A stretch of DNA of 63,950 nucleotides, filler included, from Collodictyon triciliatum (taxonomy: Eukaryota), in NCBI GenBank assembly GCA_043381765.1. It is 28 parts of 28 records of this genome, joined end to end, with 100 filler letters (N's around TTAATTAATTAA, not from the genome) between each part and the next. Parts side by side here need not be neighbours in the genome. Positions count along the whole stretch, not along the records: positions 48,886 to 51,104 come from JBHJMP010009259.1; positions 51,205 to 53,422 come from JBHJMP010009260.1; positions 53,523 to 55,740 come from JBHJMP010009261.1; positions 55,841 to 58,057 come from JBHJMP010009262.1; positions 58,158 to 60,374 come from JBHJMP010009263.1; positions 60,475 to 62,691 come from JBHJMP010009264.1; positions 62,792 to 63,950 come from JBHJMP010009331.1; 21 more parts are not named here. One strand, given 5' to 3'. Below the pieces are notes generated by a model. It made no database searches and was not told where the DNA came from. It saw nothing but the letters and a program-made list of their open reading frames with translations. The position numbers were made by a program, and so were the translations under genes. Shown one piece after another: positions 49,903-63,950 of the stretch; the stretch's first letter is position 1, and each line of letters opens with the position of its first letter.

Positions 49903-51204
49903 ATTTTGTGATTATTTGTGCATGAACGTATATTTGCTCTACGTCTGTGTAAGACTAAATGTATTTGCATCTCGTATATGACACAAGCCGAGCCAATGAC
50001 ACAGAACCAGGAATAGCAATTGTTGCATAATGTTTAAGTCATAGAGTACAAAGCAATTAGTCTTGCCCTTTCATCTACATATGCGACAGTTGGGAAAATA
50101 GAAAAATGGAAACGGAAAAGACTTTGTGAGGGTGTCAATAGCTGTGATGAATGAAAAAATAAAAGCCTCACCCCTTCGCTGTCATGATACGCAGTGTCAC
50201 GTACTTTCGATAGATGGAATTAAATGCCGTCTATGACTAAATCATGAACTACTAAAGGTACCGTCCTATATTCTGCCGATTTTTCCATACCTTTCTTTGT
50301 TGGCTTAAAGAATGACATAGCCTGCTGAAATTGTCACAGTAGTTTATTCATATAAAAGGAATAGTATATGTCACTTTGCACTCCTTTTTTTTTTTACCGC
50401 TTACTGATAATAGTATTTCCTTCTATATTTACTTATCTTCTTTTTTTTTATTCTAAAAATCTTAGCTATTGAGCCCGTCTCAACAATCTTTCATTCAACC
50501 ATCAGGCAAGTAGTTCCAAAGTAGGTGGTGATGTGTGGGAGATAGAAAAAAGAAAATCAGGGATAAAATAAAGAAAAAAAAAGGGAAAAGAGATGTCCTT
50601 GAGGCTTGATAAGAGACGCATGGATTTCTTTTGGGGACGCGTGATAGTGTCCCGCGAGCATGAGAAAAAGGGAAAGGCGATATTGATTGGATGGAGGAGG
50701 GGGAATACTGCTTTGATGGCGCAAGGTGTCGAAAAGGATGGTGAAAAGAGAAGTGAGGTTCGTTTGATAAGCATTAGGTCGAGTGCAAAGAGGAATTCTC
50801 TGCATGGTTGACTCACCTCCTTCCAGACCGTATTTGTGTCTTTTCAGTAGGGGTTGTCGAAGGGATTTCTCCCTCTTGCTAGCAAAAGAAAACCTATGGC
50901 TATAAGCACCCACTCCCTGGTGTCTCTCTCAACCAAGGTCGGGAGTTGTGGCTTTGTTACCGCAGGTCATGCAAGTGGATTTGGTCAGCTATTCAGGACT
51001 CACGCGTCATGAGGTGTTAGCTGCCTGCAGTCTCCCGGCTCAGGAAGTCTGTTAATGGGTTCGTTTGGGGTAGGGTATGGGTATGGTGGTCGGTATACCC
51101 ATAGNNNNNNNNNNNNNNNNNNNNNNNNNNNNNNNNNNNNNNNNNNNNTTAATTAATTAANNNNNNNNNNNNNNNNNNNNNNNNNNNNNNNNNNNNNNNN
51201 NNNN

Positions 51205-51237
<33 letters not shown>

Positions 51238-51874
51238 CAAAGAAACAAAGAAACAAAGAAACAAAGAAACAAAGAAACAAAGAAACAAAGAAACAAAGAA
51301 ACAAAGAAACAAAGAAACAAAGAAACAAAGAAACACAGGGATTTCTCCTCGCTCTTGTCGGGTGCCAACAGCATTCCGGCGACACAATCTACCCAAAGCT
51401 AAGCCTGCAATATTCTCTTTTCTTCTTCCCGTCTTCATGTTGTGGCGAATGACATCACACATGAAACGTCATCGCACTGCGTTCAGAAACATTCCATGAA
51501 GTCGTGTTAGCGGGTGCAACATTTTTTTTTTTTACCTCTGAAAGGGTGAATCATGGCTGCAACTTTGATGAAAGTATAATAAGTGTGTCAGATCGGGACG
51601 AGACTACGAAACTATGCCGCTGCTCTTATCGTCACCTCAACGACGAGCTAGGGGCAACTACTTGTGCTGTCAAATAAATGCAGAGACACATGCACTTCGC
51701 TTTTTTTTTTCTCTACCCTCTCTTCCTTTTTTTTTTTTTTATCTTTTTTATTTACATTTTCTTTTCTTTCTTTCTTCCTTTTCTTTTCTTCAATCACTTA
51801 ACTTAACTGTAAAATGCTTTATCTCCTTTTAACCACATACCTTACTCTAGGTCAGAGAGTGGATATATATATAT

Positions 51875-53322
51875 ATGAAGGTTTACTGTTTGTCCGATCT
51901 TCATGTCGACTTTGTTGAGAATAGAGAAGGTCTTTTGGAACTCAAACTACATGACTACGGGCAGGTTTCCCTCTCTTTCACCCCATTGGAAGGCAATACT
52001 GTCAATTGTTTTTGATATGATATTCACCCAGCATATGAAAGCTTCTATGAGATTGGGCCTTATTGTCGGCCCGATATTCGTTTATTTTATGAAACTACCA
52101 AGTTATATACCATGCATAGGACGCAATCGTTGTGGCGGGAGATATATCAGACGATATAGACCTTATTCGCCTCGCCCTCTCATCCCTTAAAGACACTTTT
52201 AAGGAGGTAAGGTCAAATTGATATCATGTGAAGTTAATTTGCTTCCTAAGCAAATTAATTTCTTTCCTTTTAACTTACATGTTTATATGTCATCTTATAA
52301 AGAAACGATTTATGAGCTGTAAACATTGATTTTTGCCGCGTTTAATGAAGCAAAAAAAAAAAACCAAAGAAACAAATATTTAAATATACAGGTGTTTTAT
52401 GTCCCAGGAAATCATGAGCTTTGGGTTGGAGAGACTGACAAAGAGGTAGTTTTCTCCATATATTAGTATTTAAAAGTATAGCTTTACATCAAATACGCTT
52501 GGGTTTAACAGCTTATTATTTGGGATCTTTTTGATAGCTTCACCTAATAAAATCCATGGAGACACTCTCTAATATTCCAATCATTTGATTGGATATCATC
52601 ACTTTCACAGAAGTTCGGAATTTGTGATTCCTTGCAAAAGTTTGATTATATCATGGATATGTGTGCCTCTATCGGAATCCAGACGAAACCTACGCTATTG
52701 CCATCGGCTGAAGTGTGGATCGCCCCTCTTTTTTCATGGTTAGTATTAGCCAGCACTTATGCTCCTATTTCTAAAACACATTCCTTGTTCCTTCTAATTA
52801 CGACAAAATCATGTGATGTTTGCTAATTACGGATATGTCAATGAATCGGTAATAAGAATGAAAAGGACGCATTTTTTTCTCACCGCCCCTCGTGGAAATG
52901 TACAAGACAAAAACAAGATAAGCAAAAAATTCGATGAAATGCTGTAGGTATTCTACAGAGTTTGATGAGCTGTATGATCATACTGTGGATGCACGATACC
53001 AAAAACTATTTGATTGTAACTGCAAGTGGCCTTTTGAGGTTTTTTTTTTAAAAAAAATAAAGACCTCAAGACATGCATGAGACATGAATATAAAATTAAA
53101 AACGTATTTATTTTAGCTATATCCAAATCAGCATACAATTTAACTCAGCTTATTGCCCCTCTAGTTATCCTTTGAATCCCATAGTTCCAATTCGTCAGAC
53201 GTTAGCCTTTCATCATTTTTTGCCGATATGAATTCAAGTAAGGGACATATGCGTAGATTGGAACTCTTTCCGGTAATTACATTTTCCCATTTTGTTCCCA
53301 GGAAAGATTTACTCCCTCCCAG
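51875..53322 (+). CDS. Calcineurin-like metallophosphoesterase (PptH-like), spliced, 3'-partial
   Basis: MKVYCLSDLHVD, AIVVAGDISD, VFYVPGNHELWV, VWIAPLFSW and VITFSHFVPR. Confidence 0.9.
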
Positions 53323-53324
53323 GT

Positions 53325-53355
<31 letters not shown>

Positions 53356-55301
53356 CATTATCATTATCATTATCATTATCATTATCATTATCATTATCAT
53401 TATCATTATCATTATCATTATCNNNNNNNNNNNNNNNNNNNNNNNNNNNNNNNNNNNNNNNNNNNNTTAATTAATTAANNNNNNNNNNNNNNNNNNNNNN
53501 NNNNNNNNNNNNNNNNNNNNNNTTATTTTGCTTTATCCGAAGATAGGCCGTTTCATTTCGCTGACAACCATGGACATTTGTCTTTCCCCTCGAGAGTATT
53601 TTTTTTCTTTGTGATTGAATAATATTCTTTTTCTCCTTAATCGAACAGCTAAATTCAACGGAGATGAATGGTTCCCGTTTCACTTTTGGTTCATCATCTT
53701 CGAACTTACATATTCAATTCCGGAAAAAAAAGAATGATGTGAAATATGTGGTTTTTATTCATTTTTAATTAAATCAGAAGTCATATCATGATATCTCATG
53801 CTATGCTATTGCAAATTAAACCATATGGGTCGCATTTGTGTTATTTTTTTTTTAAAAGAACCTACATGTGAGTAACCTACAATTGAAGAGGTTTTCCAAA
53901 TATATATATGCGTATTTATTTGATGTAGTCGAGTGTGTATATTTGTTGCATTGTCAGCAGTTTAAATGTTTGTCCGGCGCATGAAATTCAGTCACAATTT
54001 TATAACCTTTCCCAACAGATAGTCTTTTTATTCTTCCTTTCTATTTGTACAAACATGACTGACTGATAGAAAAGTTCTATCCAACCAAATGTTCCCACAG
54101 GATAAGCACCAAAAGGGACAGTTTTATATTCTTTGTTTTTAAGAGACGGAGATACCACTTAAGTCAGGTGGCATTATTGCGGACATCAGTAATCGTTCTC
54201 AACTCCCTTAGAAATGCAATTTATTAAGACATTCCAGCGAAAACTAGCAAGGGTTATCAACACATTGCCTACAACTGTGCAATCGAATCGAACAGCTTGT
54301 GTTGGTGCCTTGAAAGATTCGTATGATTTGACTAATATCTTAATCAAAGAGATAAAAAAAAAGAATCGACGACAATAATGGTGTACATTTAAATTATGTT
54401 GCTTTTAATTGATTGAACGTAGCAGGTTTTTTTTTTTTTTAGTTTTTTTCTTTGGTTTCATTTCATGTTTGCTGAAGAAAACAAAGCGGAGGAGACCGCC
54501 TTCGCCTTTAGGACAAAGACGAGATACGGACGAGACAGTGGAAAACTTGAGCATTGTGCAGTTGGAGTTTTTTGTTTTGGGGGAAAGAAAAATTCATAGA
54601 TAGAAAGTGATGAATGGGAATGTAAGAAAAGATAAATCGGAGTGAAATAGAAAGGTGACATAGTGTTTTTTTTTTTCCATTCAAAGTGAGACGAAGTGTT
54701 CTTAAACATAGACTATTCTCCCTGAAGTGGTTTACATCCAACGCGGTTTGAAGATTGTTACGCACAGGCGCCAACATCTAAGTTTGTCGTGAATTAAAAA
54801 AAAAAAACAATCCAACACGGTTTCAAACTGTATTCGAGACTGACAGAAGAGCGGATAAAGTTGTCGGGTCGATAAAAGTTCGCACAAATCATACTTAAAA
54901 ACGTTTTCAGAAAGTTTTTTACCTGTCTGTGTCAGACAATTATTATATTCTTCAACGCAAGTGCCATTTAAGTTCAGACGATGATATAGAAGAACAAGTA
55001 GTGGTGTGTTTTGAGCAAGAGATTGAAAGGTAAAACAAAAACCATGGATTTTCTTCATGCCTGGTTATGTTGTAGTTAGTACAGTAGTACAATTATTCGC
55101 AATTATGCCAGAAGGAATCCTCTAGAAGTTGAAAAAGGACTTTGTCTATGTTTTCTATGTCGTGTGCAAGGTATTTCATTTGCGGTAAATTTTTTGTGGA
55201 ATGTCTATTTTTTACATGTTTTGTTTCCTGTAGTTATTTGTTCGGATTACCACATCTAAAGTTTTATCAACCCCATTTTTTTTTTTTTGATGTATATACA
55301 C

Positions 55302-55740
55302 TTTTTTCCTTTATTCGATTCAAAGTGTAGCCAGGTTATGCCATACAAAGGGGCGGGATGGGAGCGCATGGGAGAGAGCAAACGTGAGTAGGAGAAGACA
55401 CTACCGTGGGGAGGCTAGCACTGGAAAGAAATCAGTGATAGCGAGCTGGTCAGGTGGGCGACCCAACTGGTTGATTGGCAGCGTGGGTAGCAGTGGTTGG
55501 ATATGCTGTGGGAGATATCTTACGACACATTCCCACATCCCTCTTCGCTTGCGGTCAGAGTAGCGAAGAATGCGAGCGTGTTCCAGCAGGCTGTTCAAGA
55601 AGCTGTATTGCACGAGGCTCTCTAGCCTGGATACATTGATTTCTCGTTCGGGTGAATCATTGGAGCGAGAGAATGCACGCACACTCCATAAGGCCCACAG
55701 CATATGTCCCCTTGTGACTGTCCAGAGTATTCTAGAGTCG
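55302..55740 (-). mobile_element. LINE 3' end: ORF2 C-terminus, 3'UTR, AATAAA and short poly(A)
   Basis: The ORF ending ..LWALWSVR..HARILRYSDRKRRGMWECVVRYLP..ASPR* (stop at 55401) is followed by ..gctacactttgaatcgaataaaggaaaaaa. Confidence 0.85.
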
Positions 55741-56052
55741 NNNNNNNNNNNNNNNNNNNNNNNNNNNNNNNNNNNNNNNNNNNNTTAATTAATTAANNNN
55801 NNNNNNNNNNNNNNNNNNNNNNNNNNNNNNNNNNNNNNNNAGATTAGATAGATTAGATAGATTAGATAGATTAGATAGATTAGATAGATTAGATAGATTA
55901 GATAGATTAGATAGATTAGATAGATTAGATAGATTAGATAAATTAGATGAACAGTCACTATCCACACATATATCTGTAGCCTGCGACCAATCAAGCACAT
56001 TTTCAGTTTATGTGCCTACGCGCTGTCAGTGCGCACAATGTCCGTTCATAAG

Positions 56053-57697
<1,645 letters not shown>

Positions 57698-57885
57698 TTC
57701 AACACACACTACTTGAACAAAACTACGTAGTAGAAAAAAAAGAAGAAGAAAACGACGTATGTAAGCACAAGAAGTTTTTTTTCTTTAACAAAGTCCTCTT
57801 GCCATCCATCGGAGCCATCACGAGATCGGCTGCTAGTCCTCTTGAAAGGTCATATCAGTTCGTCGAAGGCCTTGCGTTGAGCTTT

Positions 57886-57926
<41 letters not shown>

Positions 57927-58259
57927 TTTTCTCTTTCCCCCTCTTTTCTTGTTTTTTTCTTTTCTTTTCTTTCCTCCTTTTTCTTGTTTTTTTTTTCTTT
58001 TCTTTTCTTTCCTCCTTTCCTTTTCTTTTCTTTTTTTTTTTTTTTTTTTTTTTTTTTNNNNNNNNNNNNNNNNNNNNNNNNNNNNNNNNNNNNNNNNNNN
58101 NTTAATTAATTAANNNNNNNNNNNNNNNNNNNNNNNNNNNNNNNNNNNNNNNNNNNNTGTATGTATGTATGTATGTATGTATGTATGTATGTATGTATGT
58201 ATGTATGTATGTATGTATGTATGTATGTATGTATGTATGTATGTATGTATGTATCTTAC

Positions 58260-59970
58260 AAAAAAAGTGGTGAGGCTATCAGGATTGAATATATCACACC
58301 AGCCTTGTTTGAAGTGAGTCTTTTCTTTAAAAGAAAAAGAGAAAGAAAATACCAAATGCAGGACCAAAGCCAGGACCAAAGCCAGGACCAAAGCCAGGAC
58401 CAAAGCCAGGACCAAAGCCAGGACCACCTGGACCAAAGCCTGGGCCACCAGGAGGATTTCCCGGTGGATGACCAGCACCGTGCTGATGGGCACTGTTTCA
58501 ACATAAGCAGTTCGTATGAATATTGAGAATGATTCCGAATATTCTGCGTACTGGTAAAAAGAAGATAATAATGGAAAATATCTCATTTGTTGATTGTGTA
58601 ATGAAAGGCTACTCGTTTCGTTCCCTGGCGGTCTTGTAAATGTGATAGAAGATTACGCCTGCAAGAACCCAGAACAATATGTCGCTGAAAGATATCGAGT
58701 TGCTTTTTTGGTAGCTTCCATCTAATAGTTCAATGAAAAACATCACATATCAAAGTATAAGTTTAAATAGTGCAACAGCTGACGAAATCGGCTTCTATCT
58801 CCATAATCATCACTGATTTTATTGCATATATCCTTAGAGTAAACTTGCAACGAATAAAGGGGGGGAAACTTTATCATAGACAAGAATCATCAGTGGTGAA
58901 ATTTCATTAAATTTGGAAATATGATTCCATCTTCTATCTATTTCAATTGAAATATAAGGGATATATTCATATAAAGAGTTGTTTGATAATCTTGAGAATG
59001 AAAAGAAATTGCAAAGTATTTTGTGGGCCTGTTTCTGTACATGGAGATGATCCCCGATTTCCTTCAAGTGTGTATTCAAGAGCACAACTTCCATCCAGAA
59101 CAAACCTGTATGAACAGATAAACGTACTTTTAGAGGATAAGTCTGACTTTGAGAAAAGGCATTATTTGACGTAATTAATCTTTGTAAATCGTAAAGTAAA
59201 AGAACAGTGCGGTAGATGTGTATAAGGATGCGACATACGGGTCGTTGGGGTCATTGTAACCCTCACAATTCACTTCAATGTGACCAAAGCTTAAGCCTTC
59301 GGGAAGATTCGCTTCGCACTTCCATTGCGGATCGCCTGTAATGTAATAACGATTGCAACAATTATAAAGATATGCATAGAGTCAACTGATAAATGAACAA
59401 AAAAAAAAAAAAAGTCGGTGGTGAGATATCCGCTAATGTATTTATAATCTAGGAGGTAGGAAGTGATTGGGTGTTGTATTTTTATCTACTTTTCTCACAA
59501 AAAGTAAAGTATATTAACTACCTCGAGAATTTGATCCGACTCTTTCACAGTGAGCAGTATAAATGTCCTGATTGCATCCAGCCGAACCACCGACACAACG
59601 CAACTTTTGTAATGATGTAGCAAGTGAGATAAAGACAAAATAAGGCATTTGTTCAAGACAGTTTTATATGTAAAGTTGTTTTCACTCTAGAATATATATG
59701 TTGTAAATTATCACATAGCTACTGCATCTACCAACTTATTCCGTCATATATAGCATAACATGGATTGTCAATTTTCTGTGATGAAAAAAAGGACATGCTC
59801 TTGCACAAATGAAGTTGTATATACAGTAAATGAAAATACCTGCTCTACAGGGGAGGTTCTTCTGCCTGTCGTCATTTTGTTCTTCCATTTGAATATTTCA
59901 ATAAATAAAAAAATAAAAAAATAAAAAAAAATTATTCTTCCTTTCAATTTTGTGCAGGATGGTGAAGAAA

Positions 59971-60026
<56 letters not shown>

Positions 60027-60254
60027 ACATGTGTTTATGAGTGCCATAAGGGATAAATACAAAGCTTATCAACTGAGTGAGCATGTTACCTTTTCGAATA
60101 CAAGAGAATTTAATTTACTCATTTCGACGGCATCAGGGCCATACTTTCTCCCAAACCAGTTTTCTCCTATGGACAATACATGCCCAGAGAGTAAAACAAG
60201 AGCAACAAGGTATACCGCCGAGATTCCGCTCCCACCTTTCCCGGGCTTGAACAT
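58260..60254 (-). CDS. SARAF: SARAF/TMEM66 (DUF1183)-like type I membrane protein, spliced, 3'-partial
   Basis: Signal-like N-terminus, KMTTGRRTSPVEQ|LRCVGGSAGC, QWKCEANLPEGLSFGHIEVNCEGYNDPNDPY, VLDGSCALEYTL, a TM segment ILFWVLAGVIFYHIY and a GPGFGPGF Gly/Pro tail. Confidence 0.88.
59932..59968 (-). mobile_element. 37-nt family-B tail in a SARAF intron, flanked by (AAAT)n
   Basis: ttattcttcctttcaattttgtgcaggatggtgaaga is the exact reverse complement of 26352-26388. Any TSD is obscured by the microsatellite. Confidence 0.75.
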
Positions 60255-60312
60255 TTTGCTATGAGTTGTTTTTTGTTTTTTTTTGTTTTTTTTTGTTTTT
60301 TTTGTTTTTTTT

Positions 60313-60374
<62 letters not shown>

Positions 60375-60709
60375 NNNNNNNNNNNNNNNNNNNNNNNNNN
60401 NNNNNNNNNNNNNNNNNNTTAATTAATTAANNNNNNNNNNNNNNNNNNNNNNNNNNNNNNNNNNNNNNNNNNNNTTATCTTCATTTTTATCTTCATTTTT
60501 ATCTTCATTTTTATCTTCATTTTTATCTTCATTTTTATCTTCATTTTTATCTTCATTTTTATCTTCATTTTTAATATCATGTCTTCTAAAATTCCTGATC
60601 TTGCCATCATGCTCAAAGAGGAGGAGGGATGGATAGACAGGAACACTTGCTTGCCTATGAATTATAGTTTTTCAATAAAACTAAATATAACACACAACAA
60701 CTGTGACAG

Positions 60710-62567
60710 ATTCCTTATGCAAGCAAAGACCAGATTGTTGCTTATGGCGATATTTATTTCAAAGCCTGGTCCGTTGCTTCAGGCCCTTACTTGACAAAAA
60801 TAGGTAACTGTAGTTTATTTCTGTTCACAATAAACTCAAATGGAAAATGGAAAATATATCAATGCCATTGAACACGTACTTTTAGAGCGCCACTGCATCC
60901 AAGATATCATGTCACATGCCGTTCATGCATCGTCTACTGCCCTTTCTTCTAAACTCGCACGTTTCATGGGATGCTTGCATAAGCAAAGGGGATACAAAGG
61001 AGTAATAACTATAGCTATCGATATTATGAACAAAAGAATCTCGTTGAAATGGATGATATATGTAATGAATTAAACACTCAAGAGGCGTTTACGCACTTTT
61101 TCTTTCCACTTATATTTTAAGGGGATTAGTATAGACTAAATTGTGTAAATATCTGGCCCTTTCTTAATTGACAGTTGGATGAAATGCTGTCTCGTTTGTA
61201 TGAACCTATCTTATGGAGATCACTCAAGGTTGCCAACCCGCTAGGTTAACTTTGCTTAAATTCAAAAAAAAAAAATTAATGCATTACAGTAATTGAAAGC
61301 TGTTTTATTTTCTCCTTATACGATTCAAAGTTTGGTTATTTTGTTTTATTTTATTTAGTTCGAAAGAATGCCGCTGTTCTTTTGGGTGATGCATTTCCCC
61401 TTCAAGATTTGGATGATAACCTCGCAAACTTGGACTCTCAGATGCAAAGACAGCTGGGATACATGCAAGCCCTCCTAGACGACGATGTTGTGATTGTTCG
61501 GTCGACTGGCGTTCAAGGTACTAATTTAATCACGCTTCATCGATTAATTATGATGAATGAATGTGAACTTTTGTAAAGCCATATTATTTTAAAAGTTTTT
61601 GAAGTGGAGATATTTCAATGTATTTAATGATTACTGCTACATACATAAAGTAATTTGCCGTTCTTTGGGAATCTTCTGGGAGCTTATCCCTATGCAGCTG
61701 ACCAAACTGATAATGACAAAGCTTGCATGTGATATTGCATTTGATAGCAGGTATCTTCAAAAAGTATTTGCACAAAATGAGAATGAGAAATAGAATCAAT
61801 GTGCTCTTTCATCATATGCTGGAAAAATGTACTTTTCCATTCACTTTGACTGTTCTCTTATCTCCTCTCTTTCTTTCATTTCTTTTTTAAGCTCTGCACT
61901 AGTCCGAGCTTCTGTTATAGAAGGCTTCACATATTTGCTCCACAACAGACTTTGTCACCCTTCGCTGAAAAGTACATTATAATACTGATTCTGAACTCCT
62001 TTTTTTCCTTTTCCTTTTCATTTTCATTTTCATATTCATATTCATATTAACATTTTGCATAAAATATCAATAGTTTTGCTCCCGCATTTGAAAAATCTTA
62101 TTCATGACACATCTGAGCGCGTTCGACGAAATTTTGTTGATTTACTTATCAAGATTAAAGGTTTTTGGGAGAAATAAAAGCACATGTGGTTTATTTTTTA
62201 TTTTTGTCTTGTATTCTATTTTATCCTGTTTGTTTAAAAAAATGATTTGGTTTCAGGTGCAAAGTCTATAAGATTCTTTGACATTGTGCCTGTTGACCAA
62301 CTGCTTATCAGACTAGCTATTGAAAGTGAGAGATTGCATCAACAAACATCTCATATATATTCAACATCCCTTGATGATACATTTGCATCACTCTTACTTC
62401 TACAAACAACATGCTATTAATGAATTTTAGGCCGAGATATAGCTATCAAGATATCGCTGCTGCTATCAAACTCCCTGTTTCCTGAATCATCATCGTTAAG
62501 TTCGCTTATTGAGAGATGTATAAGGCTTTTGGAAATGAACCACCGGGCAGCGTTTGTGTTTTATAGG
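60710..62567 (+). CDS. NCAPG2: Condensin-2 complex subunit G2, internal exons
   Basis: YGDIYFKAW, CIQDIMSHAVH, LDEMLSRLYEPILWRSLKVANP|VRKNAAVLLGDAFPLQD, ICRSLGIFWELIP, IHDTSERVRRNFVDLL and IRFFDIVPVDQLL. Confidence 0.92.
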
Positions 62568-62610
62568 TAAACTGACCATCAGAATTATGTATTTATTATC
62601 ATTATTATTA

Positions 62611-62691
<81 letters not shown>

Positions 62692-63111
62692 NNNNNNNNN
62701 NNNNNNNNNNNNNNNNNNNNNNNNNNNNNNNNNNNTTAATTAATTAANNNNNNNNNNNNNNNNNNNNNNNNNNNNNNNNNNNNNNNNNNNNTTTGTTTTT
62801 TTGTTTTTTTGTTTTTTTGTTTTTTTGTTTTTTTGTTTTTTTGTTTTTTTGTTTTTTTGGGCTCCGAAATCTGCGAGGTAAAAGGTAGCCTCACAATCGA
62901 CCAAGAGAACAACGTCGAGACCCAAACAAAGTCGACAAACCTTTCGTTGAGCGCCGCATTTTCCTCCAAGTCTCAACTCGCTCGCAGGCGCTCTGACCTT
63001 CTCTTGTCTCTCTTTCGTCCGGTATGATCGGTGTTGTCGGCGTGGGAGTCATTCAAATGAATTCACAGCAGAGCACCAAAGAATATTACGGGCGCGATCA
63101 CGACAAACGAC

Positions 63112-63161
<50 letters not shown>

Positions 63162-63611
63162 CAACAAACGATCATGTTAACGATCATGTAAACAATCACA
63201 CAGGAGCTATTGAGGCACTTCGGGTCTGAGCGTTCGTTTCTGTTCGGAAATGACAACGTTTTTGTTCTCTGCCGTCGTTTCGTTGTCCCTTTTGTTTTGT
63301 TTTGTTTTCTGCTCGTTTTGTGCATCGTTGGGGTTTCCTTCTCGCTTGACAGATCGCAGCGCCGTGTGTTGACCGAGAAGCAGGCAGTGCCATTTCAGAG
63401 CACTCGTTGTCTTCAAGAATGTTTATTAATGCACACACAGAGCATCAGAGACGATGCAAAAGGGGGCCAGGAAAGACGGAAGGCAGAGAAAGGACTGTGA
63501 TGTATACAAGCCGGCAGGGCTTTGCTGCGGGCATTACGGAGTCGGAGTATTGTCTGTTGTTTTGTCTTTGAGTGAGTGAGTGAGTGAGTGAGTAGGTAGT
63601 GAGTGAACGAG

Positions 63612-63738
63612 TTATTTGATCTGCTTCTGCAGACTGATAATCATGGAGAACACCATTTGTGTATCAGCGTGGTCATCTCCGTCCAGTTTCCGGTGGATTT
63701 GGTACGCAGAGTCGAGGTGTGTGATGGCGTCCGAGAGC
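63612..63738 (-). CDS. Last exon of a TPR (kinesin-light-chain/nephrocystin-3-type) protein
   Basis: tag|..LSDAITHLDSAYQIHRKLDGDDHADTQMVFSMIISLQKQIK*, containing an A-x2-I-x4-G-x-DH-x-DT motif. Confidence 0.5.
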
Positions 63739-63851
63739 CTATGCATTCAGCGTTTCGGCATTCAGAGAGCGCGCAGGAAATGGCGGTGATCATATTAAAT
63801 GTTTCGGGGGTAACACACTCACACCACTTTCACACTCACACCACTTTCACA

Positions 63852-63950
<99 letters not shown>

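Noticed and set aside
50557-51104. Possible 3' region of another retroelement on the minus strand
   Set aside because: No recognisable motif, no second copy in the window and no clear tail or TSD.
52234-52258. Perfect 11-bp hairpin ttaatttgctt-cct-aagcaaattaa in an intron (and a 9-bp one at 51077-51103)
   Set aside because: Short, AT-rich and single-copy, so plausible by chance.
58841-58872. cgaataaagg match as another tail micro-insertion
   Set aside because: Only a 10-nt match followed by a G-run, with a 6-bp flanking repeat. Insufficient support.

Overview
This window is not one locus. It is 28 short contigs of about 2.2 kb, roughly sorted by length and joined by an artificial 100-nt linker (N44-TTAATTAATTAA-N44). 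They come from an intron-rich, microsatellite-rich eukaryote, most likely a protist. Most contigs end in microsatellites and carry fragments of spliced housekeeping genes: DNAJA, a cNMP-binding protein, ARL16, a kelch protein, SAHH, ACSBG-type acyl-CoA synthetase, PLAC8, COMMD7, AGPAT, CDK10, a metallophosphoesterase, Maf, SARAF and NCAPG2, plus one tRNA-Glu(CTC). Four non-routine signals stand out. (1) An L1/Tx1-like APE-type LINE family is spread over 7 contigs, and its extreme 3' tail (TTGAATCGAATAAAGG-An) also occurs as 16-52-nt micro-insertions flanked by 12-19-bp target-site duplications, mostly in introns. (2) A second, unrelated poly(A)-tailed short element with TSDs occurs several times, and one copy splits the LINE RT ORF. 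(3) One intronless virus-like contig encodes an AEP primase-PriCT-SF3 helicase interrupted by a single in-frame TGA. (4) A WD40-Sel1 protein has HET-E-like, highly homogenised repeats with variation concentrated at a few positions. All gene identities come from motif recognition by eye, not from database searches.
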